From Syntrophales bacterium (GTDB lineage Bacteria; Desulfobacterota; Syntrophia; Syntrophales; UBA2210): DNA of 64,000 bases. Positions within the stretch are counted from its first letter, which is position 1; each line of letters opens with the position of its first letter. The notes below the pieces were generated by a model that searched no databases, was not told the origin of the DNA, and saw nothing but the letters and a program-made list of their open reading frames with translations. The position numbers were made by a program, and so were the translations under genes. This document shows, one piece after another, positions 10,350 through 20,531 of the stretch. The stretch is from contig CAXXNF010000002.1 in NCBI GenBank assembly GCA_963666365.2, positions 1,312,001-1,376,000 on the forward strand, given 5' to 3'.

Positions 10350-11099
10350 CTATTTCAGACGGTTTATGGTGCTTGCCATGCAGCCCGCGCCGAATCCATT
10401 GTCGATATTCACGACGGCGACCCCGCCGGCACAACTGTTGAGCATTGCAAGAAGGGCCGCCAAGCCGCCGAAGCTGGCCCCGTAGCCCACGCTGGTGGGA
10501 ACGGCGATCACCGGTTTATCCACAAGACCGCCTACGACGCTTGCCAGTGCGCCCTCCATGCCGGCCACGACAATCACGACCCGGGCGCCCCGGATTATTT
10601 CAATCTTGTCGAATAGACGGTGTATTCCGGCGACTCCTACATCAAACACTCTTTCGACTTTGTTCCCCAGTATTTCCGCCGTCACGGCCGCTTCTTCCGC
10701 TACGGGCATATCGGATGTTCCTGCCGTCACCACAGCGATGGAGCCCTTGGGGGATTCGACGGTATTTTTTTCAATAACAATGGTCCGGGCAATTTCATGA
10801 AACCTTGCATTTCCGCAGAGCTTCGACACTGCTTCAAACATTTCCCCTGTGGCGCGGGTCGCCAGAATGTTTGTATCCCTTGTAAGCATGTACGCAACAA
10901 TATCCCTTACTTGATCTGTCGTTTTTCCGGCGCAGAAGATCACCTCCGGGTACCCTGCCCTCACGGGCCGGTCATTGTCGATCGTGGCGAAACCGAGATC
11001 CTTGAAGAACATTTCTCTGATGCGGTCAACCGCTCCGTCGATTTCCAGACCGCCATCCCGCACCTCACGGAGCAATGTGTTCAAATCGTTCTGCAACAT
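10350..11099 (-). CDS. larB: Nickel-pincer cofactor biosynthesis protein LarB
   Basis: PEVIF..GKT, AGTSD.PVAEEA, DVGVAGIHRL, AGMEGALASV, PTSVGYG, VVNIDNGFGA. Confidence 0.95.
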   Translation of the reverse strand: MLQNDLNTLLREVRDGGLEIDGAVDRIREMFFKDLGFATIDNDRPVRAGYPEVIFCAGKTTDQVRDIVAYMLTRDTNILATRATGEMFEAVSKLCGNARFHEIARTIVIEKNTVESPKGSIAVVTAGTSDMPVAEEAAVTAEILGNKVERVFDVGVAGIHRLFDKIEIIRGARVVIVVAGMEGALASVVGGLVDKPVIAVPTSVGYGASFGGLAALLAMLNSCAGGVAVVNIDNGFGAGCMASTINRLK

Positions 11100-11115
11100 C
11101 TCTTTGTCTATCCCT

Positions 11116-11907
11116 TCACCCGTTCATATTCCCCATAACATAGCCATCGAGATCCAGCGACACATAGCGATAGCCATAACCCTTCAGCGTCTTTGAAACG
11201 GCATCCATGAAATCTTCATGGCTGAATCGCCGTCTGGTTTCGCGGTCAACCTCGATGCGGGCGGTCTTCCCGTCGCTTCTTACTCTCACAGACGACAACC
11301 CCTGTGCCGTCAGATATGCTTCAGCCTTTTCGATTCGCCGCAGCTCCTCGTCCGTCACCTCATGTCCCGCGGGCATCCGTGTCATAAGACAGCTGTTGGG
11401 CGCTTTCTTTGAGAGCGGATCTCCCTGTCCGGCAAGCCACTGACGTATATCCCCTTTGACAATGCCGGACGCCGCGAGGGGACTTTCAATCTCCAGTTCC
11501 CGGAGCGCCCCTATGCCCGGGCGGTAGTCCGAAAGATCATCGGCATTGGTGCCGTCCAGTATGTGCACAAAGCCGCGTGCCGAGGCAGTTTTCTGTATAA
11601 GTCCGAAGGCATGGCGTTTACAGAGATAGCACCGATTTTCCGGGTTATATCGAAGTTCATCGCTCAGGGGCATGTCGAGGCAAATATGGTCTACCTGCAG
11701 CTTCCGTACAATCCGTTCCGCATCTTCAAGATCGCCTGCAATAGTATAGGGAGCGGTAATCGTAACGGCCAGCAGGCGTTCCCCCAGCACCTCGGAGGCG
11801 TGATGCAGGAGAAAAGCACTGTCCTGTCCCCCGGAAAAAGCCACGGCACAGGCGCCGAGCTTTTTCAAATAGTCGCGAAGATGAGCAATTTTTTGCGACA
11901 TGGGCAT
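11116..11907 (-). CDS. larE: ATP-dependent sulfur transferase LarE
   Basis: PP-loop AFSGGQDS, RCYLCK, DGTNADD..DYRPG, SCL.TR, VRVR; between larC and larB. Confidence 0.93.
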   Translation of the reverse strand: MPMSQKIAHLRDYLKKLGACAVAFSGGQDSAFLLHHASEVLGERLLAVTITAPYTIAGDLEDAERIVRKLQVDHICLDMPLSDELRYNPENRCYLCKRHAFGLIQKTASARGFVHILDGTNADDLSDYRPGIGALRELEIESPLAASGIVKGDIRQWLAGQGDPLSKKAPNSCLMTRMPAGHEVTDEELRRIEKAEAYLTAQGLSSVRVRSDGKTARIEVDRETRRRFSHEDFMDAVSKTLKGYGYRYVSLDLDGYVMGNMNG

Positions 11908-11934
11908 GTGAGCTTTCCTCGAAGGGACCCTTTC

Positions 11935-13132
11935 CTATTCCTCGTCACCGCGCTGTGTCTTTTCAACCGCCTCGTATACTTCGCGAAGTCCCGCGCCGCA
12001 CTCTTCCGCAAGACGCCGGCAGTCTTCATACTCCGGCTTCGACTTGATCTTTTTCCCTCGGAGATAGGTATTCTTTATCCTTACGTCGCCATAAGAGGTA
12101 CTGCGCACGGACACATCCCGCTGCAATGTTGTCCTTGTTACCTCCTGTTTTCTCAATCCGAGGGTCGTCGTTTCAGTCAGAATTATTTCCTCCACAGATG
12201 ACAATGCCTTGCCGTTGCATATCACCGACAGGATCACGGCGGGTCTCGTTTTCTTCATTATGACCGGTGTAAGATAGACGTCATGGGCGCCTGTCTGAAA
12301 GAGTTTTTTCCATCACAAACTCGTAGTGTTCCGGATTCATATCGTCGATATTGCATTCGACAAGCATCGTGCGCCCTTCATCTTCCATCGGCTGCATGTC
12401 CGGAACCTCACCCAGCATGACACGCAGCACATTGGAAATTTCCGCATCACGGTTTCCAATGCCGTACCCTGTTTTCAGGAGACGGACATGGAGCCTGTCC
12501 GTAAAACAATCCACCGTCGATGCAAGGATGGCCGCACCGGTCGGCGTGGTCGCTTCAAAGGGAAGGGCGCCCGTTTTTACCGGAATCCCCTTCAGAATTT
12601 CCGTCGTTGCCGGCGCCGGGACGGGCAGCCTCCCATGGGCGCAGGTCACAAACCCGCCGCCCAGTTCCACTGAAGAGGCCATAACCCGGTCGACCCTGAG
12701 CGCATCCAGGCACAGGGCGGCGCCCACAATGTCGACGATTGCATCAACGGCTCCTACCTCATGAAAATGGACCTCTTCGACATCCGTTCCGTGAACGCAT
12801 GCCTCCGCCTGGGCAAGCTTTGTAAAAATAGCCAGGCTCATCTCCTTGATTGCAGCACCGAGACTGCTCTTTTCTATTATTTCCCGTATATCATGAAGAT
12901 GCCGATGGTGACCTTGGCCGTGACCCGGATCTTCTTCCTCCAGAATTACATCGGCTTTCGTTCCCCGGATGCCCCGGCGCTCCGCTTTGTAAACCTTCAG
13001 CGCATACCCTCCAAGATGGAGTTTTTCCAGTTCCCCCGCAAGATACCCCTGATCCACTCCCAGATCGACCAATGCACCCAGATTCATGTCGCCGCTGATT
13101 CCGGCGAAACAGTCGTAATATAATATTCTCAC
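11935..13132 (-). pseudogene. larC: Nickel insertase LarC split by one extra A in an A6 run (12304-12309); 398 aa if repaired
   Basis: N-part: DCFAGISGDM.LGAL, His patch, VHFHEVGAVD, ECNIDD. Removing one A restores MEKLFQTGAHDVYLTPVIMKKTRP, continuing to ETTTLG and KPEYED. Could be a sequencing error or recoding. Confidence 0.88.
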
Positions 13133-13367
13133 TTAGTGCAGTCCCTCGCTTGTCCGGTTCACTTCGTTCCGACATATATTTGCCGTCATTATACGTCCGC
13201 CGCGTCTCATGAAACATATAGAGAGAAATCATAATCATTGCCGGAAGGGATTGCAATATATAAATGTGACCGCTGGCGGGCATTAATTATTCCTTGCCCT
13301 TTCATTATTTTCCGTAATGCATTATAAGATGAGCACTATGATTTTTTTCGACAGGAGGCTGAGTCCT

Positions 13368-14156
13368 ATGGAAGTAACGGGAAAAGTAGTGGTCGTCACA
13401 GGCGGAGCAAGCGGCATCGGCGCCGCGTTATGCAAAAGGTTCGCGCAGGAAGGCGCAAAGGCGGTTGTTGTAGCCGACGTAAACGAGGATGGAGCAAAGG
13501 CGGTGGCACAGGAAATACAGGGAGTGGCTGCCGTCTGCGATGTGCGGCGGGAAACTGATGTAATCGACCTGGTGAACATGACCGAGGAAAAGGTAGGGCC
13601 TATCGATCTTTTCTGTTCCAATGCGGGAATTATCGCAATCGGCGGCGTGGAAGTCACCAACGAGGAATGGCAGCGCATCTGGGAAATCAATGTACTGGCT
13701 CACATCTATGTGGGACGGGCGATCATTCCCCGCATGATCGAACGAGGCGGAGGATCCATGCTGATCACGGCTTCGGCGGCGGGTCTGCTCAGTCAGATCG
13801 GTTCGCTCCCCTATTCGGTGACAAAGCATGCGGCGGTGGGACTGGCCGAAAATCTTGCCATCACCTACGGCGGTCAGGGCATCAAGGTGTACGCACTCTG
13901 CCCGCAGGCGGTCCGCTCGGAAATGACGCGTCAGTTTGACGGCGGCGGCGTTGCGGCAGTCGACGGCCTGATGGAACCGGAAGTGCTCGCCGATTCGGTA
14001 ATCGAGGCATTCAGACAGGAAAAGTTCCTCATACTGCCCCATGCCGAAGTCCTCACCTATATGCAGAGGAAGGCATCCGATTACGACCGCTGGCTTACGG
14101 GCATGCAGCGGCTTCAGACGCGCTACAACGAAGGAACACCGTTAAAGCAGAAGTAG
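13368..14156 (+). CDS. Short-chain dehydrogenase/reductase
   Basis: TGGASGIG, NAG, YSVTKHA; AGGAGG RBS. Confidence 0.9.
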   Translation: MEVTGKVVVVTGGASGIGAALCKRFAQEGAKAVVVADVNEDGAKAVAQEIQGVAAVCDVRRETDVIDLVNMTEEKVGPIDLFCSNAGIIAIGGVEVTNEEWQRIWEINVLAHIYVGRAIIPRMIERGGGSMLITASAAGLLSQIGSLPYSVTKHAAVGLAENLAITYGGQGIKVYALCPQAVRSEMTRQFDGGGVAAVDGLMEPEVLADSVIEAFRQEKFLILPHAEVLTYMQRKASDYDRWLTGMQRLQTRYNEGTPLKQK

Positions 14157-14218
14157 AGAACCGAGATTTGAAAATACCCTGTCGCCCTTTTCTCTGTACA
14201 AGAAAAGGGCGATGCGCG

Positions 14219-14944
14219 TTAAACCGAATGCGTGCGCCTGATGTTGCGCCCCTTGGTACTTCCAAAGGGACAGGAAGACACACAGAGTCCGCACGGATGG
14301 TCCTTCCGATATACACTACAGGCAAAGGCATTGAAACGTGCCTCTCGATTGTCTTCGTCTTTGAACTCTATACCGGTAAAGGCACCGACAGGGCATGTAT
14401 CGACGCACACCCGGCAGTTGCCGCAGTTTCGATTAAGGGGGACTCCGGGTTCAAGCGGGGCATCGGTCAAGACCGAGACAAAACGCACCCGGGGACCGGA
14501 ATCTTCCGTCACCAGGAGCGCGCTTTTTCCGATCCACCCCAGCCCCGCGAGGTGTGCGGCAAGCTTGTGAGAAAAGAGCCCCGCCAGTTTTTCCATGTTA
14601 TAGGGCGTGGACGCTGGAATGGGAAATGATTCGAAACCCTGCCTCGCAATCCATCGCGAGACATCACCGGCCAGAAAATCCAGCGCCGGCGTCACCACAC
14701 TGTAGACATGGTGCCAGTAATGGCTTTCCCGAACCGATTCGCCGGGACTGTGCCCTTCAACGATCGCATCGTTAAGCCGCATCCCGAGAGACACCGCCCT
14801 GGGGAAACGGTCCACATTAATTTCCCCCTGAGATCGGACAAAATCCGCCGCCCGTGCCAGATCGGCAACGCCAAAGAACTCGGCGCCCCTCTCAAGGGAA
14901 TATTCTTTCAGGTGCTGCGTCAGAGAAACTTCATCTAAGTTCAT
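14219..14944 (-). CDS. QueG/epoxyqueuosine-reductase-like 2x[4Fe-4S] protein
   Basis: SHK.AAHLAGLGWIGKS.L..T...GPRVR and CxxCxxCxxxCP...C...CGLCxxxCP; shorter than true QueG. Confidence 0.8.
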   Translation of the reverse strand: MNLDEVSLTQHLKEYSLERGAEFFGVADLARAADFVRSQGEINVDRFPRAVSLGMRLNDAIVEGHSPGESVRESHYWHHVYSVVTPALDFLAGDVSRWIARQGFESFPIPASTPYNMEKLAGLFSHKLAAHLAGLGWIGKSALLVTEDSGPRVRFVSVLTDAPLEPGVPLNRNCGNCRVCVDTCPVGAFTGIEFKDEDNREARFNAFACSVYRKDHPCGLCVSSCPFGSTKGRNIRRTHSV

Positions 14945-15047
14945 ACTGTCCTTTTGTCAGTAATAATGTAGTTGAAACGTGTGTGATGTGATATTCTCAT
15001 AACCTTGACAGCATATTATATCATCCTGCGTTTCTGTTATGAAACTT

Positions 15048-15809
15048 CTACCCCTCGTCAAGGTGAAACCGCCAGGCACAGAACCATTCGTCGGGATGCG
15101 CATCGGGTGGACAGCCGATACATTCTGTGCGAATCCGGGAATCTACCGCTTCCGCGAAGGTCCCGTATTCCACGAGACCCACCGATTTGCAGGGATAATC
15201 TTCGAGCCCCTTCCGCTTTCTCGCCGACTGGACGCGGCAGTCGTTCATCTGAAAGACAACGCTGTGCGGTCCCTCGTCAATGATTGATTGTACGTTGATC
15301 CGGGCGTACATTCTGAACTGGAGCGCCTTTTTCAACCCCTCCAGACCCGCCTTTTCAGGAAGTTCCAGAAACCGCTTGATCGACCAGGCTTCGAAAGGCG
15401 AGAACCGGGTCCAGCAGGAATCGTTGCACCGCTTCGCATCGAACATGCCCTTCTTCATCTCGACGGCCTGAAACCAGACACCGTCATTGGCAAGCCAGTT
15501 GATGGCGATATTCCTGAGAAGGTCCGTCAGCGCTTCCTTCGACATACGACCCAGCGCTGAGGGAATGCCCTCCTCCATTTCAAATCCGAGGGTCTTTCCC
15601 AAGCGATCCATCTGAATCGCATAACTCCGGTCACGGGCGGTTCCCATGATATCCAGCGCCTTTTCAAGTCCGAACTGATGTTCCACTTCCCGAAACCAGA
15701 GGGTATAGTGGACCATAATCCGGTGAAACATGTCCAGGGCCAGTCGCGCCAGCTCTTTTTCGTCAAGATCTTCCGGTCGTGCAATATCATTCACCATCGT
15801 AGTGTGCAT
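15048..15809 (-). CDS. DUF6125-like conserved protein with duplicated N-terminal module
   Basis: HYTLWF..VE and NDGVWF..VE repeats; CRVQ.AR.RKGL..YPC and CIGCPPD.HP..WFCAW. Confidence 0.7.
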   Translation of the reverse strand: MHTTMVNDIARPEDLDEKELARLALDMFHRIMVHYTLWFREVEHQFGLEKALDIMGTARDRSYAIQMDRLGKTLGFEMEEGIPSALGRMSKEALTDLLRNIAINWLANDGVWFQAVEMKKGMFDAKRCNDSCWTRFSPFEAWSIKRFLELPEKAGLEGLKKALQFRMYARINVQSIIDEGPHSVVFQMNDCRVQSARKRKGLEDYPCKSVGLVEYGTFAEAVDSRIRTECIGCPPDAHPDEWFCAWRFHLDEG

Positions 15810-15835
15810 CCTTTCTCAAAATTAAACGACGCTTT

Positions 15836-15917
15836 TCTCACGCAGAGGCGCTGAGAACGCCAAGAAAACCCATCTTATTGTTTTTTTTGCTCTGCCTCTG
15901 TGCATCTCCGCGCGATA
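15836..15917. repeat. Degenerate inverted repeat of the CACGCAGAGGCGC type (REP-like)
   Basis: TCTCACGCAGAGGCGCTGAG... pairs imperfectly with ...CTCTGTGCATCTCCGCGCGATA in intergenic DNA. Confidence 0.45.
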
Positions 15918-16154
15918 TGTTTTTTTCATCCTGGATATCACAAACCCGCCCTTCGGTCCACTTTTCCGGGATTTTTTAATGCCCCGCTGATTTCTGCACT
16001 GGTTCTGCATTGTCTGCTTCGAAGCAGTGGACGGGAAATATTTCTTGACATTTCACAAAAAAAAGGTGAAGTATTCGGCCTTTAATTGAAGATCCTCAGC
16101 CCATCCCCTATGGGGGATGAGCGATTCAGCTCAATCGCATGAAAGGATTACATC

Positions 16155-16910
16155 ATGCTTGTTGTCGAAGATCTCCAGGTAAAACTTGGCGATAAAGAAA
16201 TATTGCGACACATCGATCTTGAAATCCGCCCGGGGGAAACGCACATTCTCTTCGGCCCCAATGGATCGGGAAAGACATCGCTGCTGATGACGCTCATGGG
16301 ATATCCCCAGTACCGCATCACGGCGGGGAAAATCCTTTTCAAGGGGGAAGATATCACCCATATGACCATCGACGAGCGCGCCCGTCTCGGCATCGGCATG
16401 TCCTACCAGCGTCCCCCCAGTATCCAGGGACTCAAAACAAGACAGATGGTAGAGATTTGCGCGGGAAATGATGTCGATACGAAGGCACTTGCGGAACACC
16501 TCAATTTCACGGACTTTATGGACCGCGATGTGAATGTCGGGTTTTCCGGCGGTGAGATCAAACGTTCGGAATTGATGCAATTGATCGCGCAGAACCCCGA
16601 CCTGCTCCTTTTCGACGAGCCGGAATCGGGAGTGGATCTCGAAAATATCACACTCATCGGTAACACCATCAGTGAGCTTCTACAGCGCGATCACAAGTCC
16701 GCTGCCGGCAAATCGGTCAGGGAAATGAAAAGAGAACGGACAAAAATGGGGCTTATCATCACCCATACCGGATTCATTCTGGATTATGTCACCGCCGACA
16801 GGGGACAGGTTCTCTACGAGGGAGTTCTGGCATGCAAAAGCAACCCCATCGAAATATTCAAGCAGATTAAAGAGGTAGGATACGAGGAATGTGTGCGATG
16901 CGCGACTTAG
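16155..16910 (+). CDS. sufC: SufC-like Fe-S assembly ATPase (SmsC type)
   Basis: GPNGSGKT, NVGFSGGEIKR, DEPESGVD, THTG, C-terminal CVRC. Confidence 0.9.
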   Translation: MLVVEDLQVKLGDKEILRHIDLEIRPGETHILFGPNGSGKTSLLMTLMGYPQYRITAGKILFKGEDITHMTIDERARLGIGMSYQRPPSIQGLKTRQMVEICAGNDVDTKALAEHLNFTDFMDRDVNVGFSGGEIKRSELMQLIAQNPDLLLFDEPESGVDLENITLIGNTISELLQRDHKSAAGKSVREMKRERTKMGLIITHTGFILDYVTADRGQVLYEGVLACKSNPIEIFKQIKEVGYEECVRCAT

Positions 16911-18109
16911 ATTCCAAGGCCCGCGAGGCGAAAGAAAAAAAGGCGCCACTCGGCCCTGATATCGATTTGAACTCCTTTTCGATCGATAATCCTCTTCACG
17001 AGCAGATTAAGGATATAGAGCGTCTCCCCGAAACTGAGCGAGAACGCATGCTCATGGCCGGCATCGATACGAAAAAAGGCGAGCGATCGGGAACGTACCT
17101 CCAGAAGGACGGCACTTCCGTTTACTCAACATCTCTTCAGGAAGGCCTCGAGATTATTCCCATCAAGACGGCACTGGAGAAGCTGGACTGGGTCCAGGAC
17201 TATTATTGGAAGCTTCTTGACGTCGATACGGACAAATATACGGCCCGCGCCCGTCTCGATCTTCACAACGGCTACCTTATCCGGGCGCTGCCCGGGGCAA
17301 AGGTCACCTTCCCCGCCCAGGCCTGTATGTACATCGAAAAAGAAGGCTTCAGTCAGAACGTACACAACATCATCATTGCCGAGGAGGACTCGGAACTCCA
17401 CATCATTACGGGATGTGCAACCGCTGCGCACGTATCCAGAGGACTTCACGTGGGCATATCGGAGTATTATGTCAAGAAAGGGGCGACGCTGAGCTTCACC
17501 ATGATTCATCACTGGGCTGACGACGTCGCGGTCAGACCCCGGTCTGCCGGCGTGGTCGAAGAGGGCGGCCTCTTTCTCAATAACTATATTTCGATGAAAC
17601 CGGTCAAATCACTCCAGATGTATCCAACCACCTACCTCAAGGGCAAGGGCGCAGTAGCCCGGTTTTACAGTCTCCTCGTGGGAAGCCCCGGCGGGGAGCT
17701 CGACGTGGGTGGACGAGTGTATCTGAGCGCGGAAGATACGCGCGCTGAAGTGATCTCACGGGCAATTACCAACGGCGGCGCCATTGTCGCGCGGGGGGAC
17801 CTCATAGGAGAGGTTCCCGGCGTGCGGGGGCACCTGGAGTGTCAAGGCCTCATTCTGAACGGAGGATCGATACACGCCATTCCGGAACTCACGGGAAAAG
17901 TGGATGGCGTCGACATGTCTCATGAGGCGGCGGTAGGAAAAATCGCCCAGGATGAGATTCTCTATCTCATGTCCCGGGGACTGTCGGAGGACGAAGCAAC
18001 CGCAACCATCGTCAGAGGGTTCCTCAATGTGGACATTCCCGGTCTGCCGGCGCCGCTGAAGGCAGAGATCGACCGCGCCGTGGAACTCAGCCGTCAGGAT
18101 ATGATGTAG
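16898..18109 (+). CDS. sufB: SufB/SufD-family Fe-S scaffold (SmsB type)
   Basis: QNVHNIII.EE.SELHIITGC, GHLEC.GL, AIPEL, SHEAAVGKI...YLMSRGL. Confidence 0.9.
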   Translation: MRDLDSKAREAKEKKAPLGPDIDLNSFSIDNPLHEQIKDIERLPETERERMLMAGIDTKKGERSGTYLQKDGTSVYSTSLQEGLEIIPIKTALEKLDWVQDYYWKLLDVDTDKYTARARLDLHNGYLIRALPGAKVTFPAQACMYIEKEGFSQNVHNIIIAEEDSELHIITGCATAAHVSRGLHVGISEYYVKKGATLSFTMIHHWADDVAVRPRSAGVVEEGGLFLNNYISMKPVKSLQMYPTTYLKGKGAVARFYSLLVGSPGGELDVGGRVYLSAEDTRAEVISRAITNGGAIVARGDLIGEVPGVRGHLECQGLILNGGSIHAIPELTGKVDGVDMSHEAAVGKIAQDEILYLMSRGLSEDEATATIVRGFLNVDIPGLPAPLKAEIDRAVELSRQDMM

Positions 18110-18112
18110 CGG

Positions 18113-19030
18113 TTACCCCCTCTCTTCGAAATACCTTCGCATGCCCTCGATGCTGTTGGCGGCGAAGTAGCGCTCCCGCTCCCGCACATCATGGGGCAGC
18201 GTCGCAAACAGTTCCATTGAGGGATCGCGTTTCAGGATTTCACTGAAGACTGCTGAAAAAAATTCATCATCGTCCGAAGAAAGATGAGCCTCCACAATCT
18301 CGAGCCACAGGTCTATCTGATCGCGTGCCGCGGCAAACAGAGAGGAACCCCTTCTTTTTCGATAGCCGTAATGGGCAAAGCACAGATGTCGCGCATCGAT
18401 ATCGGCCGCCTTCATAATCGATTGCCGGTATGCTTCATAGACAAAACGGGCCGGTGATGCAATTCTCAGATAAAGTCCCCTTTCGGTGGGATAGGTGACT
18501 CCCGCCACCTCACCGATGAAGAGAATATCGTCCAGACGGTAGCAGACGTGGTGTGACGAATGGCCGGGCGTTTCTACCGTTTCAATGGTCATATCATCTG
18601 CTCTTATGAAATAATCGGGGGCGATATTTGACTCAGGCGTCGGTTCGATCGGTCCGTAGAGCTCGGCCAGGGAACCGAGAATCTCCTGCGACCCCTTCCA
18701 CAGCTTGGAAGGATCGATGAGATGCCGCACCACGCCCTTGTGGCAGAGCACCCTCGCTTCGGGAAACTGTTTCAGCAGCAGCCCCAGCCCGCCGACATGA
18801 TCGATATGAATATGGGTGATCATAATGACGTCGAGCCCTCTCACATCGAGTGATGTCAATGCCTCCAGGAGAACGGGAATGGTGGAAGCCGGTCCGGGAT
18901 CAATGAGAATTGCCGCATTCCCCCTTTTATACACCCAACTGCTGACAAAATGGTGAAATCCGGTCCGGGGCTGATCGAGATCGACAATATACAGGTCTTT
19001 AAGAGGCTGGTGAATCATGAATAATTTCAA
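18113..19030 (-). CDS. MBL-fold metallo-hydrolase
   Basis: THIHIDHVGG, TPGH, AHYG. Confidence 0.88.
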   Translation of the reverse strand: MKLFMIHQPLKDLYIVDLDQPRTGFHHFVSSWVYKRGNAAILIDPGPASTIPVLLEALTSLDVRGLDVIMITHIHIDHVGGLGLLLKQFPEARVLCHKGVVRHLIDPSKLWKGSQEILGSLAELYGPIEPTPESNIAPDYFIRADDMTIETVETPGHSSHHVCYRLDDILFIGEVAGVTYPTERGLYLRIASPARFVYEAYRQSIMKAADIDARHLCFAHYGYRKRRGSSLFAAARDQIDLWLEIVEAHLSSDDDEFFSAVFSEILKRDPSMELFATLPHDVRERERYFAANSIEGMRRYFEERG

Positions 19031-19887
19031 TAATCAAACACTATTGTCTTGGAACCGTAGACAAGAATCCTGTTTTCAAGATGCAGTCTTACGGCCTTGG
19101 CAAGCACGATTCTTTCGATGTCCTTTCCCTTGAGCATCATATCCGCGACGGAATCTCGATGGGTCACTTTTATGACATCCTGCGCAATGATCGGACCCTC
19201 GTCAAGGTCTTCCGTCACATAATGACTCGTGGCGCCTATTATTTTTACCCCCCGCGTATAGGCTTGCTGATAGGGGGTTCCTCCGGCAAAGGCGGGGAGA
19301 AAGGAGTGGTGAATGTTGATAATTCTGTTTCGAAACCGATTCACAAAATCGCCGCTTAAAATCTGCATATAGCGGGCAAGAATTACAAGATTGATGTTGT
19401 GCCTCTGCAGTTCTTCTATCTCCAATGCTTCCTGCGCGGCCTTCGTCTCCGCGGTGACAGGAAAATATTTAAAATTAAGGCCGAACTGTTCCGCCAGGAC
19501 TTCGAGGTCCCGATGATTGCTGATGACAAGGGGAATCTCCGCCTTGAATTCTCCCATGCGATGCCGAAGGATGAGATCGTAGAAACAGTGCTCATGTCTG
19601 GATACAAATATTGCAATACGGGGAATAAAATCGGTAAATCGGATCGTCCACTCCATGTTGAATTCCCGTGCCAGCGGCTCGAAGGCTTCTTTTATCTTTT
19701 CCCTTGACACGGCGAAGCCATCGAGGTCCCACTCGATTCTCATGAAAAGAATATTCTCGGGCCGTACCGTATATTGTGCGGCGTGCAGAATATTGCCGTT
19801 GTTGCTGAAGATAAAATGTGAAATCTTCGCAACGATGCCTTTCTTGTCCGGGCAGGAAAGCAGCAGCAGTGCGGTCGGTTTTTCCAT
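19027..19887 (-). CDS. purU: Formyltetrahydrofolate deformylase
   Basis: N-terminal ACT domain (CPDKKGIVA), LARYMQILS, INIHHSFLP, GATSHYVT..LDEGPII. Confidence 0.96.
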   Translation of the reverse strand: MEKPTALLLLSCPDKKGIVAKISHFIFSNNGNILHAAQYTVRPENILFMRIEWDLDGFAVSREKIKEAFEPLAREFNMEWTIRFTDFIPRIAIFVSRHEHCFYDLILRHRMGEFKAEIPLVISNHRDLEVLAEQFGLNFKYFPVTAETKAAQEALEIEELQRHNINLVILARYMQILSGDFVNRFRNRIINIHHSFLPAFAGGTPYQQAYTRGVKIIGATSHYVTEDLDEGPIIAQDVIKVTHRDSVADMMLKGKDIERIVLAKAVRLHLENRILVYGSKTIVFDY

Positions 19888-20119
19888 GCAACGTTTCCTC
19901 GCGTCTTCGTCGGCCTATACACGAATTAGATTCCCCCGGTCAAGAACAAAGTCCCTTTCTCCATGCAGTTGCATCCCCGCATATCCATAGTCCTTCCGCC
20001 AACTCATAGGTCCGGAATAACTCTTCCCTTGATCATTGATGCCACTGTGGTATATAGGCCACTTTACTATTCTTGTTAAGGTTCGAATGTGCAGCCGCAG
20101 GATATGGAGGGCACACGGA

Positions 20120-20509
20120 ATGGAATTGTTCGAGAAAATTGAACTCCCCAGGGGCCTCGTCGTTCTCATATGGGATCGCTCGCGTCGCATCGCCGCCGAT
20201 ACGACGAAAGTGGAGGTGGAAATTACCATGCCTGTTGAGTTGAAGGCCGAATACTTCGACTCTTTCGAGGATTTCGAACTTGTCCGAAAAGTCTTCGGAC
20301 CGGAACTCGCCTTTACCTACCGGAAGGAAAGAACCTTTGTACACAACAGAGAAAAAGAATCCTTGGTGAGGGAACTGATCGAAGATTTCAAACATGATTC
20401 CCTCCCCTACCTTGCACGGCCTGATTTTCCCTCCCGATTTGCCCTTTCGAAGCTGTCTGATATTAAAAAACGGCCGCACCGGTACAGGAAATATCTGAAG
20501 AAAAAATAA
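20120..20509 (+). CDS. Hypothetical protein
   Basis: GGAGG RBS before MELFEK; co-oriented 22 bp upstream of mdh. Confidence 0.7.
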   Translation: MELFEKIELPRGLVVLIWDRSRRIAADTTKVEVEITMPVELKAEYFDSFEDFELVRKVFGPELAFTYRKERTFVHNREKESLVRELIEDFKHDSLPYLARPDFPSRFALSKLSDIKKRPHRYRKYLKKK

Positions 20510-20531
20510 CACATACTGAACGGGGTACAAA

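Noticed and set aside
14219..14944. True queG or a reductive dehalogenase
   Set aside because: Too short; no Tat signal or rdhB anchor gene; kept as QueG-like only
19888..20119. ZMP/ZTP riboswitch or small ORF upstream of purU
   Set aside because: No recognisable ZTP consensus by eye; the short ORFs lack a convincing RBS or motif
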